Below are positions 18,855-29,882 of a stretch of 64,000 nt of DNA, one piece after another; within the stretch, counting starts at the first letter, position 1, and each line of letters begins with the position of its first letter. Where the stretch lies: positions 1,600,001-1,664,000 of the forward strand of contig OZ250165.1 of NCBI GenBank assembly GCA_965238005.1. The letters run 5' to 3'. The DNA is from Longimicrobiales bacterium. GTDB lineage: Bacteria > Gemmatimonadota > Gemmatimonadetes > Longimicrobiales > Gaopeijiaceae. The position numbers and the translations under genes are program-made. The notes beneath the pieces are model-generated. The model was not told where the DNA came from, made no database searches, and saw only the letters and a program-made list of their open reading frames with translations.

Positions 18855-20459
18855 ATGAAGCGGAACACCAAGTATGTGGGGCTCGACGTGCACCAGGCAA
18901 TGACGGTGGCGACGGTTCGGAGCGAAGGGGGGCGTGTGATCGCGCGCAGCGTGGTGGAGACGAGCGACGAATCGATAAGGGAGTTCTTCAGCGCGATGGC
19001 TGGGTCGGTGCACGTGGTGTTCGAGGAGGGAACACAGGCGCAGTGGCTCTACGACCTACTGAGTCCTCGTGTAGACCGGGTGATCGTGTGCGACCGCAGA
19101 GGCGAGAAGCGATCGGGCAACAAGGGGGACCAGGTCAATGCCGACGAACTGTCGGAGCAGTTGCGGTGCGGCAGCCTGCGAGCGGTATACCACGGCGCAC
19201 ACGGCCGGGCCGATCTCAAGGAGCTGACTCGAGCCTATCGCAACCTCGTCGAGGACGGCACGCGCGTGATGCTGCGGCTCAAGGCACTCTTCCGTGCGCG
19301 GGCCATCCGAACCACGGGCGGCGGTGTCTACCAGCCGAAGGGGCGCGCCGCCTGGGTCGCACAGCTACCCGAGCACGGTGCTCGGCTACGTGCCGAGACC
19401 CTGTACGCTCAGCTCGATGTGCTTCGGACTCAGCGCAAGAAGACCAAGGCGGCCATGGTCGCTGAAGCGAAGCGCGATCCGGCCTTTGGGGTGCTCGAGA
19501 CGATCCCCTACTGCGGGCCCGTGCGTATCGCGCTGTTGTTGGCAACCATTGGTACGCCTTGGCGCTTCCGCACGAAGCGCAACCTGTGGGCCTATGCCGG
19601 ACTCGCCGTGGTCACCCGCTCGAGCGCCGACTACGAGTTGTTTGATGGGCGCCCTCGTCGTCGTCGTCGCCCGCCGCTCACGCGAGGGTTGAACCCCAAC
19701 CACAATCGCGTACTCAAGAATGTCTTTAAGGGCGCCGCCAACGTAGCCATCGGACGTCGGGGCCCTCTACAAGATTTCTAACTCGCCGTGGTCACCCGCT
19801 CGAGCGCCGACTACGAGTTGTTTGATGGGCGCCCTCGTCGTCGTCGTCGCCCGCCGCTCACGCGAGGGTTGAACCCCAACCACAATCGCGTACTCAAGAA
19901 TGTCTTTAAGGGCGCCGCCAACGTAGCCATCGGACGTCGGGGCCCTCTACAAGATTTCTAACTCGCCGTGGTCACCCGCTCGAGCGCCGACTACGAGTTG
20001 TTTGATGGGCGCCCTCGTCGTCGTCGTCGCCCGCCGCTCACGCGAGGGTTGAACCCCAACCACAATCGCGTACTCAAGAATGTCTTTAAGGGCGCCGCCA
20101 ACGTAGCCATCGGACGTCGGGGCCCTCTACAAGATTTCTAACTCGCCGTGGTCACCCGCTCGAGCGCCGACTACGAGTTGTTTGATGGGCGCCCTCGTCG
20201 TCGTCGTCGCCCGCCGCTCACGCGAGGGTTGAACCCCAACCACAATCGCGTACTCAAGAATGTCTTTAAGGGCGCCGCCAACGTAGCCATCGGACGTCGG
20301 GGCCCTCTACAAGATTTCTATCACCGAATGATCGAGCGCGGGATGCGCGAGGAGCTCGCCCGTGTGACGCTGGCGCGTAAGCTCGCCGCGCTCACCCTTC
20401 GTCTACTCAAAACCGGAGAAGTCTTTGATCCGACCCAGCTGAGTCGACCCCAAATATAG
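18855..20459 (+). pseudogene. IS110 transposase disrupted by a 4x180-bp tandem repeat
   Basis: VGLDVH, VVFEEG, KGDQVNA, YAGLAVVTRSS, LARKL; TAA at each repeat junction; collapsing the repeat gives 354 aa. Confidence 0.88.
19601..20320 (+). repeat. Perfect tandem repeat, 4 x 180 bp
   Basis: Units start at 19601, 19781, 19961 and 20141 (ACTCGCCGTG...GATTTCTA). Confidence 0.97.
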
Positions 20460-20959
20460 AGGGGGTTCGTCGTCCCGGAGCGTAGGGTGCAGCGTATGAC
20501 CCTCGATCCCTTGGAACGTCGAATCCCCGGACGACGGTGCGGGAGGCAGTCTCAACGCGAGACGTACGCCCGGCTCGCAGTCATGCCGAGGCACGAGTCT
20601 AACTCCAGGCCCTTCCGCAGAACCCGAAGAAGTGTCAGGCCGGCCCGAGGCTGAGTCTCAGATAGAACCATGGTTCGCGTCGTACGACCCAGGTCCACTC
20701 AATCAAGTCCGGACGGATCGATCATCCAAGCGAGGATCATCATGGCCCACACGAAGACTGACTCATCCAGCACACCGCTCTCTGACGATCCGGCTAATCC
20801 AACCAAGGGGCTGAGTGCCAAGCCCAACACGGCTTCGCATCCAGCCGGGGCGGAGCCCGCTCTTGACACTCTCTTTCATAGAACTTCTCGCGATTCTGCT
20901 GCACGACAAGAATGCCGACCGCAAGCGAAATGCGCGACCCTGGGCCGCGCGCACCGACC

Positions 20960-21270
20960 TCATTCCGCGGAGCCTTCGGACGCCGCGAAGAGACGCCACT
21001 CGCCGGGGATCCCCTTCAGTGCATGAGCTCCGCGGTCGACGAATCCAAGGCCGGAACCGGCAACGAGGTCCTTGACGGTCCTGGAGACGAGAACCTCGTT
21101 GGCCTCCGCACAGCCCGCGACGCGGGCTCCAAGGTGTACCGCGATTCCCAACACCTTGTCACCCACCACCTCGCATTCGCCGGTGTGCAGGCCCGCCCGA
21201 ATCGCGATCCCCAGGTCAGCGACTGCGTCACGGATCGCACACGCACAGCGGATCCCCCGGGCCGGCCATC
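20960..21270 (-). pseudogene. Class III adenylate/guanylate cyclase C-terminal fragment
   Basis: IRAGLHTGECE, GIAVHLGARV, EVLVSRTVKDLV, LKGIPGEW; no start or N-terminal half. Confidence 0.85.
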
Positions 21271-23487
21271 GCGCCCCGTGACGGACGGGCCGACCCAGGC
21301 TCCCCCCTCGCTCAGGACGCGCACCCACGCGCCCCCGATCGGGAGTCCAGACTGGTCGTCCACGACCGTTCCGCGGATGACGGGCTCGAGGGAAGCGTTC
21401 CCCGGTCCCACGACCTGGGAGGCCCAGAACGAACGCTCCTCCGCCGCAACCAGGAGGGAGGCCGCGTCCGCGGGAAGGAGAAAGCGGCCCTCCTGGAGCC
21501 CGCGCACGGTCTCGGAGACTCGTCTGAGGTAGGCGTCCCGTGTCGGGTAGCGTTCGAGAATCGCGGGGCGGGGATCCCCTGACGCCTCCCGGTCGGCCCG
21601 GGTGACCGGGAAGTCGAAGACCGACCCCATCCAGCGGGTGAGCATCCCGTCGGCTCCCCACGCCTCGGTGCGGAGGTTCCATCCCGTCCGGGTGTCGACC
21701 GGTACCGCGATGTCGGGAAGCCTGACTCCCGCCACGTCGTTGCCGTCCGAGTCCACCGCAGGCACGAGGGTCGTGTAGCGCTCTCCCACCCGGGGCGGCG
21801 CGTTGTCGGAGATGCCCGCGGTCCTCCAGCGGGGACCTGGGTCGAGGCGGATCGGCCGGTAGACCGCGGTCGGCATCCGTGATCCCGGGATGTCCGGGAA
21901 GGAGGCCCTGTAGACGTCCAACGTCACGAGCGTACCGTCGTCGATCCGGGGGTAGCGGTTCGGAGGCGGCTCGACCCCGTCGGCTACCCATTCGTCGAGG
22001 GCGGCGAAGAGTGCGCGGCTGACGGGCCCTCGGCTCAGACGGTTCAGGGGGTTGTCGTAGTGCCCACCCGTCATGGACGTGTGTGGGGCCCCGGTCACCA
22101 TGTAGATGCGGACGCTGGGGTCCGGATCGATGTCCCGGGTCCCCTGGACGTCGGTGTGCAGGAGCGACGCGGCGCGGCTCCAATACTCGGTCGAGGTCTG
22201 GAGGAACATCACCTTCGGGACGTTACCCGCCGCTCGTGCCCGCTCGAACATGTCCCCCCGCTCGCCGGTCAGGGGGTCCTCCTGCGGGACCGAGGTGAAG
22301 GGAAAGAAATCGGACGGGTAGAGGTTCTCCTCGTGCTGGCTCCCGTGCCGGGTCGTCTGCCAGAAGCGGTAGTTGAAGAGCCCCTTGCCGCCGCCCGCGA
22401 CCTCGACAAACACCCCGTCGAAGACCGGGCGGCCTTCGGTGTCCGTATTGAAGCCGTCCCAGATGAAGTGGTGCAGGTAGCGGCCCGACTGCGACACGCC
22501 GAAGCCGTAGGCCAGGCGGATCGCTCCGGCGAGCGGGTTGGGCTGCCCCATGTCGTCGGACTCGGCATACCGGAAGAAGGAGACCGGGTCGCGCACGTTC
22601 GCCATGCCCAGCCCTGTCACACGGGGGTTCTCCGCCATGTAGACGAGATCGTAGAGCCACCCGAGCCGGAATCCGTCGTGTACGTAGAGTTGGGACGCAT
22701 CCGGGATGACCTGGCCGTTCTCGTGGCGCGCGAACCCCCACGCGTCCCTCGGAATCTCCGTCGGGGCGGCGCTCCGGTCGGGGCGCATGGTCAGGGTCGC
22801 GTTCCCGTTGTCCAGGGTCGCGGAGGGGTACGAAAGCGATGCGCCCCAGTCGAAGGGGATGCTGTAGAGGAGCTGGTCGGCGGACTCGCTGCTCTGGGTG
22901 ACGAAGTTGTTGCGGTAGAGCTGGTAGCCTCCACTCTCCATCTCGACGTAGACCCTTCCTGTGAGGGTCGCGTCGTCGTCGCTCGCCACCGGCACGTCGG
23001 TCGTGAGTCGGCCGCCGCCGGGGAGCACGTCACCACTCCAGCCGGTCCACAGCACCGAGTAGCCACGCTCCATCAGGAAGCCGCTCCCCGCCCGATCGGG
23101 GTCGTTGCCGCCCGCACCGTTGAAGGTGCCGAGCGCGACCTTGCCACCCCGGTTGTTCACGTCGTAGAGGAGCCGGCCGCTCCCGCGGGACGGGTCCACA
23201 GGCTTGAGTAGGTAGAAGTCCGTGCGGACCTCCACACGGCCTCGCTGATTGACGGGTGCGCGATGAATGTCGGTGATGCGCTGGTTGGCAGGATCGTCGG
23301 GATCCACCTCCAGGTAGAGGCTGCCCACGAGCCGCTCGTATGGACCGACCTCGCCGAAGGACTGGCCGTCCGCGAACGGCTCCCGGCGGTCGATCTCGAT
23401 CCGCGCGACCTGGGCGAGCCCCGTCGCCGGCAGGGCGGCCCAGACGAGCGTGATCGCGCAGAGGTGGGCTACGCGGGAGCCCTTCAC
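21016..23487 (-). CDS. Exported alpha/beta hydrolase-domain protein, C-terminus truncated/fused
   Basis: GTG start coupled to the upstream stop, signal peptide, GVSQSG nucleophile motif, VDSDGN; tail runs into the cyclase fragment out of frame. Confidence 0.8.
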   Translation of the reverse strand: MKGSRVAHLCAITLVWAALPATGLAQVARIEIDRREPFADGQSFGEVGPYERLVGSLYLEVDPDDPANQRITDIHRAPVNQRGRVEVRTDFYLLKPVDPSRGSGRLLYDVNNRGGKVALGTFNGAGGNDPDRAGSGFLMERGYSVLWTGWSGDVLPGGGRLTTDVPVASDDDATLTGRVYVEMESGGYQLYRNNFVTQSSESADQLLYSIPFDWGASLSYPSATLDNGNATLTMRPDRSAAPTEIPRDAWGFARHENGQVIPDASQLYVHDGFRLGWLYDLVYMAENPRVTGLGMANVRDPVSFFRYAESDDMGQPNPLAGAIRLAYGFGVSQSGRYLHHFIWDGFNTDTEGRPVFDGVFVEVAGGGKGLFNYRFWQTTRHGSQHEENLYPSDFFPFTSVPQEDPLTGERGDMFERARAAGNVPKVMFLQTSTEYWSRAASLLHTDVQGTRDIDPDPSVRIYMVTGAPHTSMTGGHYDNPLNRLSRGPVSRALFAALDEWVADGVEPPPNRYPRIDDGTLVTLDVYRASFPDIPGSRMPTAVYRPIRLDPGPRWRTAGISDNAPPRVGERYTTLVPAVDSDGNDVAGVRLPDIAVPVDTRTGWNLRTEAWGADGMLTRWMGSVFDFPVTRADREASGDPRPAILERYPTRDAYLRRVSETVRGLQEGRFLLPADAASLLVAAEERSFWASQVVGPGNASLEPVIRGTVVDDQSGLPIGGAWVRVLSEGGAWVGPSVTGRDGRPGGSAVRVRSVTQSLTWGSRFGRACTPANARWWVTRCWESRYTLEPASRAVRRPTRFSSPGPSRTSLPVPALDSSTAELMH

Positions 23488-24287
23488 CTCATCTCGCCCT
23501 CGTAACGGATGACCCTCGCTCGGATCGTCGAGTCCAGGAGGGGCCACTCTTGATCCAAGTATGCGTTGCCGCCCTCCACGATGTCGCCCTGCCTTCCCTG
23601 CCGCACCCCGCTCCCCGAGCTCTCGCCGTATCCCGAGTAGAGCTGGTCTACGACGTCCATCCCCTCGACCACCTGTCCGAAGATGGCAAACGGCTCCCCG
23701 TCGTTGCGCGTGTTGTCCCCGACGTTGATGTAGATCTGGGTCGTGCGGTTCTCGGGCACAGGCGCTTGGGCGAACGCGAACGAGCCCCGAACGTTGCTGC
23801 CGTACTTGGGATCGTCGGGGATCGGATGGGCCTGCCACACTGCGTTCACGGCGGGATCGCCGTGAAGACCCCATTGAACGATGTAGTTGGGGTTCACGCG
23901 ATGAAACCGCGTGTCGTCGTAGTAGCCGAGACGGACCAGGTTGTAGAAGCGGTCCGCGCCGTGGGGCCCGTGTTCCCGCACCACCTCGGTGACGAAGTCC
24001 CCCTTCGACGTCTCGAAGCGGGCGTGCCAGACCGGGGGCGAAGGCCTCCTCCACTCGGAGTGGGATGCATCGAGCAGGACGCTTTGACGCTCCGCCGTTG
24101 GAACGGTGTCGGGGAAGGGCATGCCGAGTTCGATGACGTTCGCCTCAGCGGTCGACCCCGCAGGGTCCGCGCCGCTGGAACTGGCGGGCTCCGGGGACGT
24201 GCACGCGGCGAGAAGGAGCATCGCGGGAAGAACTCCCGCTACGATGTGTGGGGCGGCCCGTCGGTGCTCCACGGCGGTTTTCACCAT
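23484..24287 (-). CDS. Cyclophilin-type peptidyl-prolyl isomerase (lipoprotein)
   Basis: LLAAC lipobox, FETSKGDF, RFHRV, QWG, TTQIYIN, FGQVVEGMDVVD. Confidence 0.88.
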   Translation of the reverse strand: MVKTAVEHRRAAPHIVAGVLPAMLLLAACTSPEPASSSGADPAGSTAEANVIELGMPFPDTVPTAERQSVLLDASHSEWRRPSPPVWHARFETSKGDFVTEVVREHGPHGADRFYNLVRLGYYDDTRFHRVNPNYIVQWGLHGDPAVNAVWQAHPIPDDPKYGSNVRGSFAFAQAPVPENRTTQIYINVGDNTRNDGEPFAIFGQVVEGMDVVDQLYSGYGESSGSGVRQGRQGDIVEGGNAYLDQEWPLLDSTIRARVIRYEGEMR

Positions 24288-24473
24288 TCACGGCTCCTGT
24301 TCGTGGCCAGGGGTCCGTCGGCCTGCATGTGACACCCCCTTCCGTGAACCAACACCTCCGGGGGCGCCCGCATACGTCATCGACAAACACCTTCATGATC
24401 GGTCTCCCAACTGGTATGCCATCCGCACCGGAATGTCCAGCATCCCCATGAGCGTGGTGCACTGCCGGCTGAT

Positions 24474-24800
24474 TTACTCCTCGGTTGTGCCCATCTCAGC
24501 CGCAACCTCCTTGGCCGAGACCAGTTCGATATGTCGCGTGCATTCCCCCAGCGGGTGTACGGCCTGCCGTGAATCGCCATAGACCCAGACCGCGAGCCTT
24601 ATCCCGGCCTGGCGTTCCCCCTTTTTCCTGACGCACGCAATCCCTTCCTGCTTGATGTCAGCCAGTCGCTTCGCCGCGATGCCTCTTACGCGGGTCAGTT
24701 GGTCAACGGACGCGAACGGTTTCACACGTCGCAATTCGATGATCTGTTTCGCTCGCACGGGACCGATGTGCTTGATCTCCTGGAGCTGCTCGAGGCCAGC
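24474..24800 (-). pseudogene. ComEA-like helix-hairpin-helix fragment
   Basis: AGLEQLQEIKHIGPVRAKQII...FASVDQLTRVRGI; no 5' end. Confidence 0.7.
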
Positions 24801-24808
24801 CCGCTGTC

Positions 24809-25063
24809 GTGCCGCCGCCGAAATGGAAGATGGCGTTGCTCATCATCCTCGCCATCTACCCGCTGCTGCTCATCGTTCTTCCGCTCATGGGAACGGTCTT
24901 CGACATTCCGTACCTGAGTGTCCCCATCACGATCGGCTCCGAGTTCGTGGTGAGGACGTTCGTCACTGCGGTGATCCTGGTGACGCTCATGACGTGGGTC
25001 GCCATGCCCTTTCTCACCAGGCTGTTCCGGGGCTGGCTGTACCCGGCCCCCGGGGGTGAGTAG
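24809..25063 (+). pseudogene. C-terminal membrane fragment of an ABM-family protein
   Basis: PPKWKMALL...YP and LMTWVAMP.LTRLFRGWL motifs; N-terminal domains absent. Confidence 0.55.
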
Positions 25064-25287
25064 CAGCCCGACCTCGATCCCGGTAGCCTTGACCTAAATA
25101 AGGACTCTCCGCTCAACGATCACGTCTATACGAGAGCCTGCAATGGGTGCGCTATCGGTGGCGACTCGCTCGCATCTGGTGAACCGCATTCTTCTCGCTA
25201 TTTTTCCCTCGGGCAAGTTCAGAACGGCTGCTCATCGTCCCACTCCCGGGCGGGAGCCGCGCTCGGGCCTCCTTGAGGGGGAATCCC

Positions 25288-26640
<1,353 letters not shown>

Positions 26641-26864
26641 GAGCTAGCTTGGTCCGAAGAACGCCGCCGGAGCTCCTGGCAACCCACCTGACGGTCGTCA
26701 CCCGCTGTTGTTGGCCCACATGATCGTGTGCGCCGTCTGTGCGCCGCGAGGCGGCGAAAGGCGGTAACACCAGTGGTAACAAAACCCACTGACGCTAGTG
26801 GGCGAACGAAAACCGAAATGTCAGTCTTTATGCGCGTGTGTGGCGCTGGCTGACGCCCGTTTCT

Positions 26865-26909
26865 AGCTTCCCAAGCTGAGGGTCGCCGGTTCGAGTCCGG
26901 TCGCCCGCT
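26865..26909 (+). repeat. att site: duplicate of tRNA-Gly 3' half
   Basis: Identical to 16900-16944. Confidence 0.93.
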
Positions 26910-26920
26910 CTCTATAACTA

Positions 26921-26957
26921 AAAGCTCAGCAGCGAGTTACAGGTGCTGGGCTTTTTT
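26921..26957 (+). terminator. Terminator after att (probable original tRNA terminator)
   Basis: AAAGCTCAGCA...TGCTGGGCTTT then T-run. Confidence 0.65.
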
Positions 26958-27279
26958 ATGAGTCGGGCCGGTTGCGACGCCAGTGACAATCGCAGTTCGG
27001 GCCCAGGGGCAAAGAGGGGGGTGGGGGGGCCTAGCGGTTGGCAGCCTCCAACGCCATCAGGTGCTCATTCTGACCACCACGGGTAGCAGGGAAGAGGAGT
27101 TCCTGTAGACCACCGTCCTGTTCACGCTAACTACGTGCTCGAGATCTCCAGGACCGTCCCCGCGGAGAGCGTAACGAGAAACCAGTTGGCGGCCGTGCTC
27201 TGTATCGACATCGTGCTCAAGGAGTAGAGGCTCTCCGGTTCCGGTTGGACCCCGTCGCTTCGTCACTGTAATGTGCCGC

Positions 27280-27978
27280 ATGCATTCCACTCGCTCTCAC
27301 CTCGCGCTGATCGTTCCGGCTTCGAACACGGTCATGGAGCCCGACTTCCACCGCACGGGGACCGACTTCCCCTGGACGGTGAGCACGTGGCGCATTTTCC
27401 TCGAGAGTGTCACGGAGGAGGCCGAGATCCGCATGCTGCAAGAGGAGCTTCCCAGGTGCCTCACGCAGATCGCAACCACGGCGCCGGACCTGGTGGTCTT
27501 CGGATGCACTTCCGCCGGCTCCCTGGGAGGGCTCGGACACGACCGGGAGATGATCGATGACATACATGCCCGTACGGGTGCGAGCGTCGTTACCGTGATC
27601 AGTGCGATGCTCGCCGAGTTGGAGGCGATCGGGCCCAGCCGGGTTGCCGTCTTCACCCCCTACCCCGATGAGCTGACGTCGAGCGTGACGCGCTGTGTGG
27701 CCGAGGGCGGGTACGAGATCGCATGCGCGAAGGGAATGCAGCTTCGCGACAATGGGGACATCGGTCGAGTGACTCCCCCCGAGATCACGAATTTCGTTCG
27801 GACGGGGATGGTGGGCGTTTCCGCGGACTGTGTCTTTCTTTCCTGCACGAACTGGCGTGGCATCGAAGCGATGGATGTCCTCCGAGGTGCACTCGGTGTG
27901 CCCGTACTCTCCAGCAACCAGGTCACCCTGGAGGCCAGTCGTCGCGAGGCCACCATGGCTCCCGCAGCGAGGTCTTGA
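27280..27978 (+). CDS. Asp/Glu racemase / maleate cis-trans isomerase family protein
   Basis: VPASNTVMEPDF, GCTS, TPY, SCTN, SSNQ; two catalytic Cys. Confidence 0.85.
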   Translation: MHSTRSHLALIVPASNTVMEPDFHRTGTDFPWTVSTWRIFLESVTEEAEIRMLQEELPRCLTQIATTAPDLVVFGCTSAGSLGGLGHDREMIDDIHARTGASVVTVISAMLAELEAIGPSRVAVFTPYPDELTSSVTRCVAEGGYEIACAKGMQLRDNGDIGRVTPPEITNFVRTGMVGVSADCVFLSCTNWRGIEAMDVLRGALGVPVLSSNQVTLEASRREATMAPAARS

Positions 27979-28023
27979 TGGGCTCGGAGCCCTCGGTGTA
28001 ATGGGGCCAGGAGCGGCTTCGTC

Positions 28024-28137
28024 ATGACCGTCTATCTGATCCTTTTGTCGGCAGCAGGCATCTGCGTCGTTCCGATGGCGCTCATGCTCCTGTTCGAACG
28101 CAAGGAGAAGCGGGAGCAGATCCGGGAGGATCGCTGA
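28024..28137 (+). CDS. 37-aa small membrane protein, putative SSS accessory subunit
   Basis: MTVYLILLSAAGICVVPMALMLLFERKEKREQIREDR; GGAG RBS; TGATG overlap with the symporter. Confidence 0.7.
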   Translation: MTVYLILLSAAGICVVPMALMLLFERKEKREQIREDR

Positions 28138-29570
28138 TGGACCTCGGGCTTCTCTCGGCCTTCATCGCCTACTCCATCTTCATCCTGGGAGTCGGCGTAT
28201 GGGGCTACCGCAAGAAGTCCTTCGAGTCCTACGCCGTGGCCGACCGCACGATGGGCTTGGGCCTGGCGACGAGCGCCTTTGTCGCGACCTTTCTCTCAGC
28301 TGTCACGATCATCGGAGTCTCGGGATACGCGTCGATCAACGGCTGGTCGGCGGCGGCCTTCACCTGCTACGGCTACGCGCTCGGTTGGATCCTCCTTCTC
28401 GTGGCCTCGGGCCGACTGCACCGGGCTCGCCTCACGACCGTGCCGGAGTTCCTGGGCCTGCGCTACGAGTCGACGGGGCTCAGGGCGTTCTCTGCGCTCA
28501 CCATCATTGCCCTCTACTCCATCACCCTCGTCGTTCAACTCCTGGCCATCGGCATCACGATGAACACGCTGATCGGATTGGACACGTCGGTCTCTATCCT
28601 GACGGTGGGCGTCGTCTTCGTGAGCTATACGATGCTAGGTGGGCTCGCGTCGGTTCTTCGTACCGACATCGTCCAGGCGGCCCTTCTGGCCGGCGGTGTG
28701 CTCCTGGCGGCAGGCGTTGTCCTTTGGCGAACGGGCGGCGCGGTCGTCACGGCCCCCCCTGCCCACCTGGGAGGCTTCTTTGGCGGCAGCGTGAGCAACA
28801 CCAGCGACTTCATCGGATGGATGCTCGTATGGGGCTTGGGCATCCCGACCCAGTCGTACTATCTACATCGTTTCTACGCGAGCCGGGACGTCCGCGTCGC
28901 GCGCGGTCAGATCGCGTTCGGGGCGATCCTCGTCATGGGGATTCTCCTCTCCGTGATACTGGTCGGGACCGGCGCCGGCATGCTGGTCCCCGCCGACGAG
29001 CTCGGGGATGGAGCCTTCCCATATCTGGTGAAGAACGTAATCGGGGGATGGGCCAGTCTCCCGATCCTGCTCGCGATCACCGCGGCGATCCACTCCACGA
29101 CGGACGGCCTCCTACACATCGTCGGCCTCTACTTCGCGGTAGACGTCTATCAGCCGTTCAGGCCCGACACCGCCGGGGAGGTTCTTCTACGGGTGAGCCG
29201 TAAAGCCACCTTCATCTTCGGAGCAATAGCGACGGTAGTGGCCGCCTACGTTTCGGCCCATCCGGTCCCCCTGATCAGCTTGATCGCCAGCGTCGCATGG
29301 GGTGGAATGGCTTCGACGCTCTTCGCGCCGCTCTTTTTCGGTCTCTTCTGGCGTAGGGCGACTCGACAGGGCGCCCTGGCGAGCGCCGTCGCAGGGCTGA
29401 CGTTCTCGATCGCCGCTTTGGCCCTCAAGCGCGCCGGACTGATGACCATTCACGAGATCTATCCGGGCGTGATCGCCTCGCTGACGCTCATCGTCGCGGT
29501 GTCCCTGGCCACGAGGGGCAACTCGGAGTCCACGCTCGCGCGATTCTTCCCGGAGTCGGCGCGGGCCTGA
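28137..29570 (+). CDS. Sodium:solute symporter family protein
   Basis: About 13 TM helices, ATFLSAVTIIG, TVPEFLGLRY, GGLASVLRTD. Confidence 0.9.
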   Translation: MDLGLLSAFIAYSIFILGVGVWGYRKKSFESYAVADRTMGLGLATSAFVATFLSAVTIIGVSGYASINGWSAAAFTCYGYALGWILLLVASGRLHRARLTTVPEFLGLRYESTGLRAFSALTIIALYSITLVVQLLAIGITMNTLIGLDTSVSILTVGVVFVSYTMLGGLASVLRTDIVQAALLAGGVLLAAGVVLWRTGGAVVTAPPAHLGGFFGGSVSNTSDFIGWMLVWGLGIPTQSYYLHRFYASRDVRVARGQIAFGAILVMGILLSVILVGTGAGMLVPADELGDGAFPYLVKNVIGGWASLPILLAITAAIHSTTDGLLHIVGLYFAVDVYQPFRPDTAGEVLLRVSRKATFIFGAIATVVAAYVSAHPVPLISLIASVAWGGMASTLFAPLFFGLFWRRATRQGALASAVAGLTFSIAALALKRAGLMTIHEIYPGVIASLTLIVAVSLATRGNSESTLARFFPESARA

Positions 29571-29882
29571 AGCTTCTCGCGGGGTGCGCGTACGGTCCTG
29601 CCAATCGCTGATGACAACGCGCCAGGGGAAACCGGAGAGGCCGCGCGCGAGAAACTCGTGTACCCGGTCGATGGTAGACATGGCCATCCGTTTTCTGATT
29701 CCCGGCGGAACATGTCAGATTGTAATCCGCGACGCACCCCTCCATCATCGCGTCCAGATGCTTAAGCCGTTAACGGCCCTCTAACCCACGAGGGCGCTCC
29801 GGCCCAACGACCTCGGCTCCCTTGCTCGACACGCGACCGCCTGTGAGCTAAACTGGGAGGAGGCTGCCGTGCAGGTGAAGGA

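Larger units (their letters stand above)
18781..20883 (+). mobile_element. IS110/IS1111-family element (ends approximate)
   Basis: DEDD transposase, long 3' non-coding end, short TGAAAG/CTTTCA subterminal inverted match, outward-facing TTGACA at 20863. Confidence 0.75.

Noticed and set aside
19601..20320. CRISPR array
   Set aside because: Units are identical 180-bp transposase coding sequence with no unique spacers; no cas genes
21016..24054. 1012-aa ORF, and extended starts of ORFs 3006, 7524, 39478 and 43020
   Set aside because: N-terminal extensions overlap real genes; true starts are internal
26865..26909. Second tRNA-Gly gene
   Set aside because: Lacks the 5' acceptor strand and D arm; it is an att duplication
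29571..29687. Minus-strand ORF start MSTIDRVHEFLARG
   Set aside because: Runs into the symporter antisense; at best a truncated gene start of unknown family
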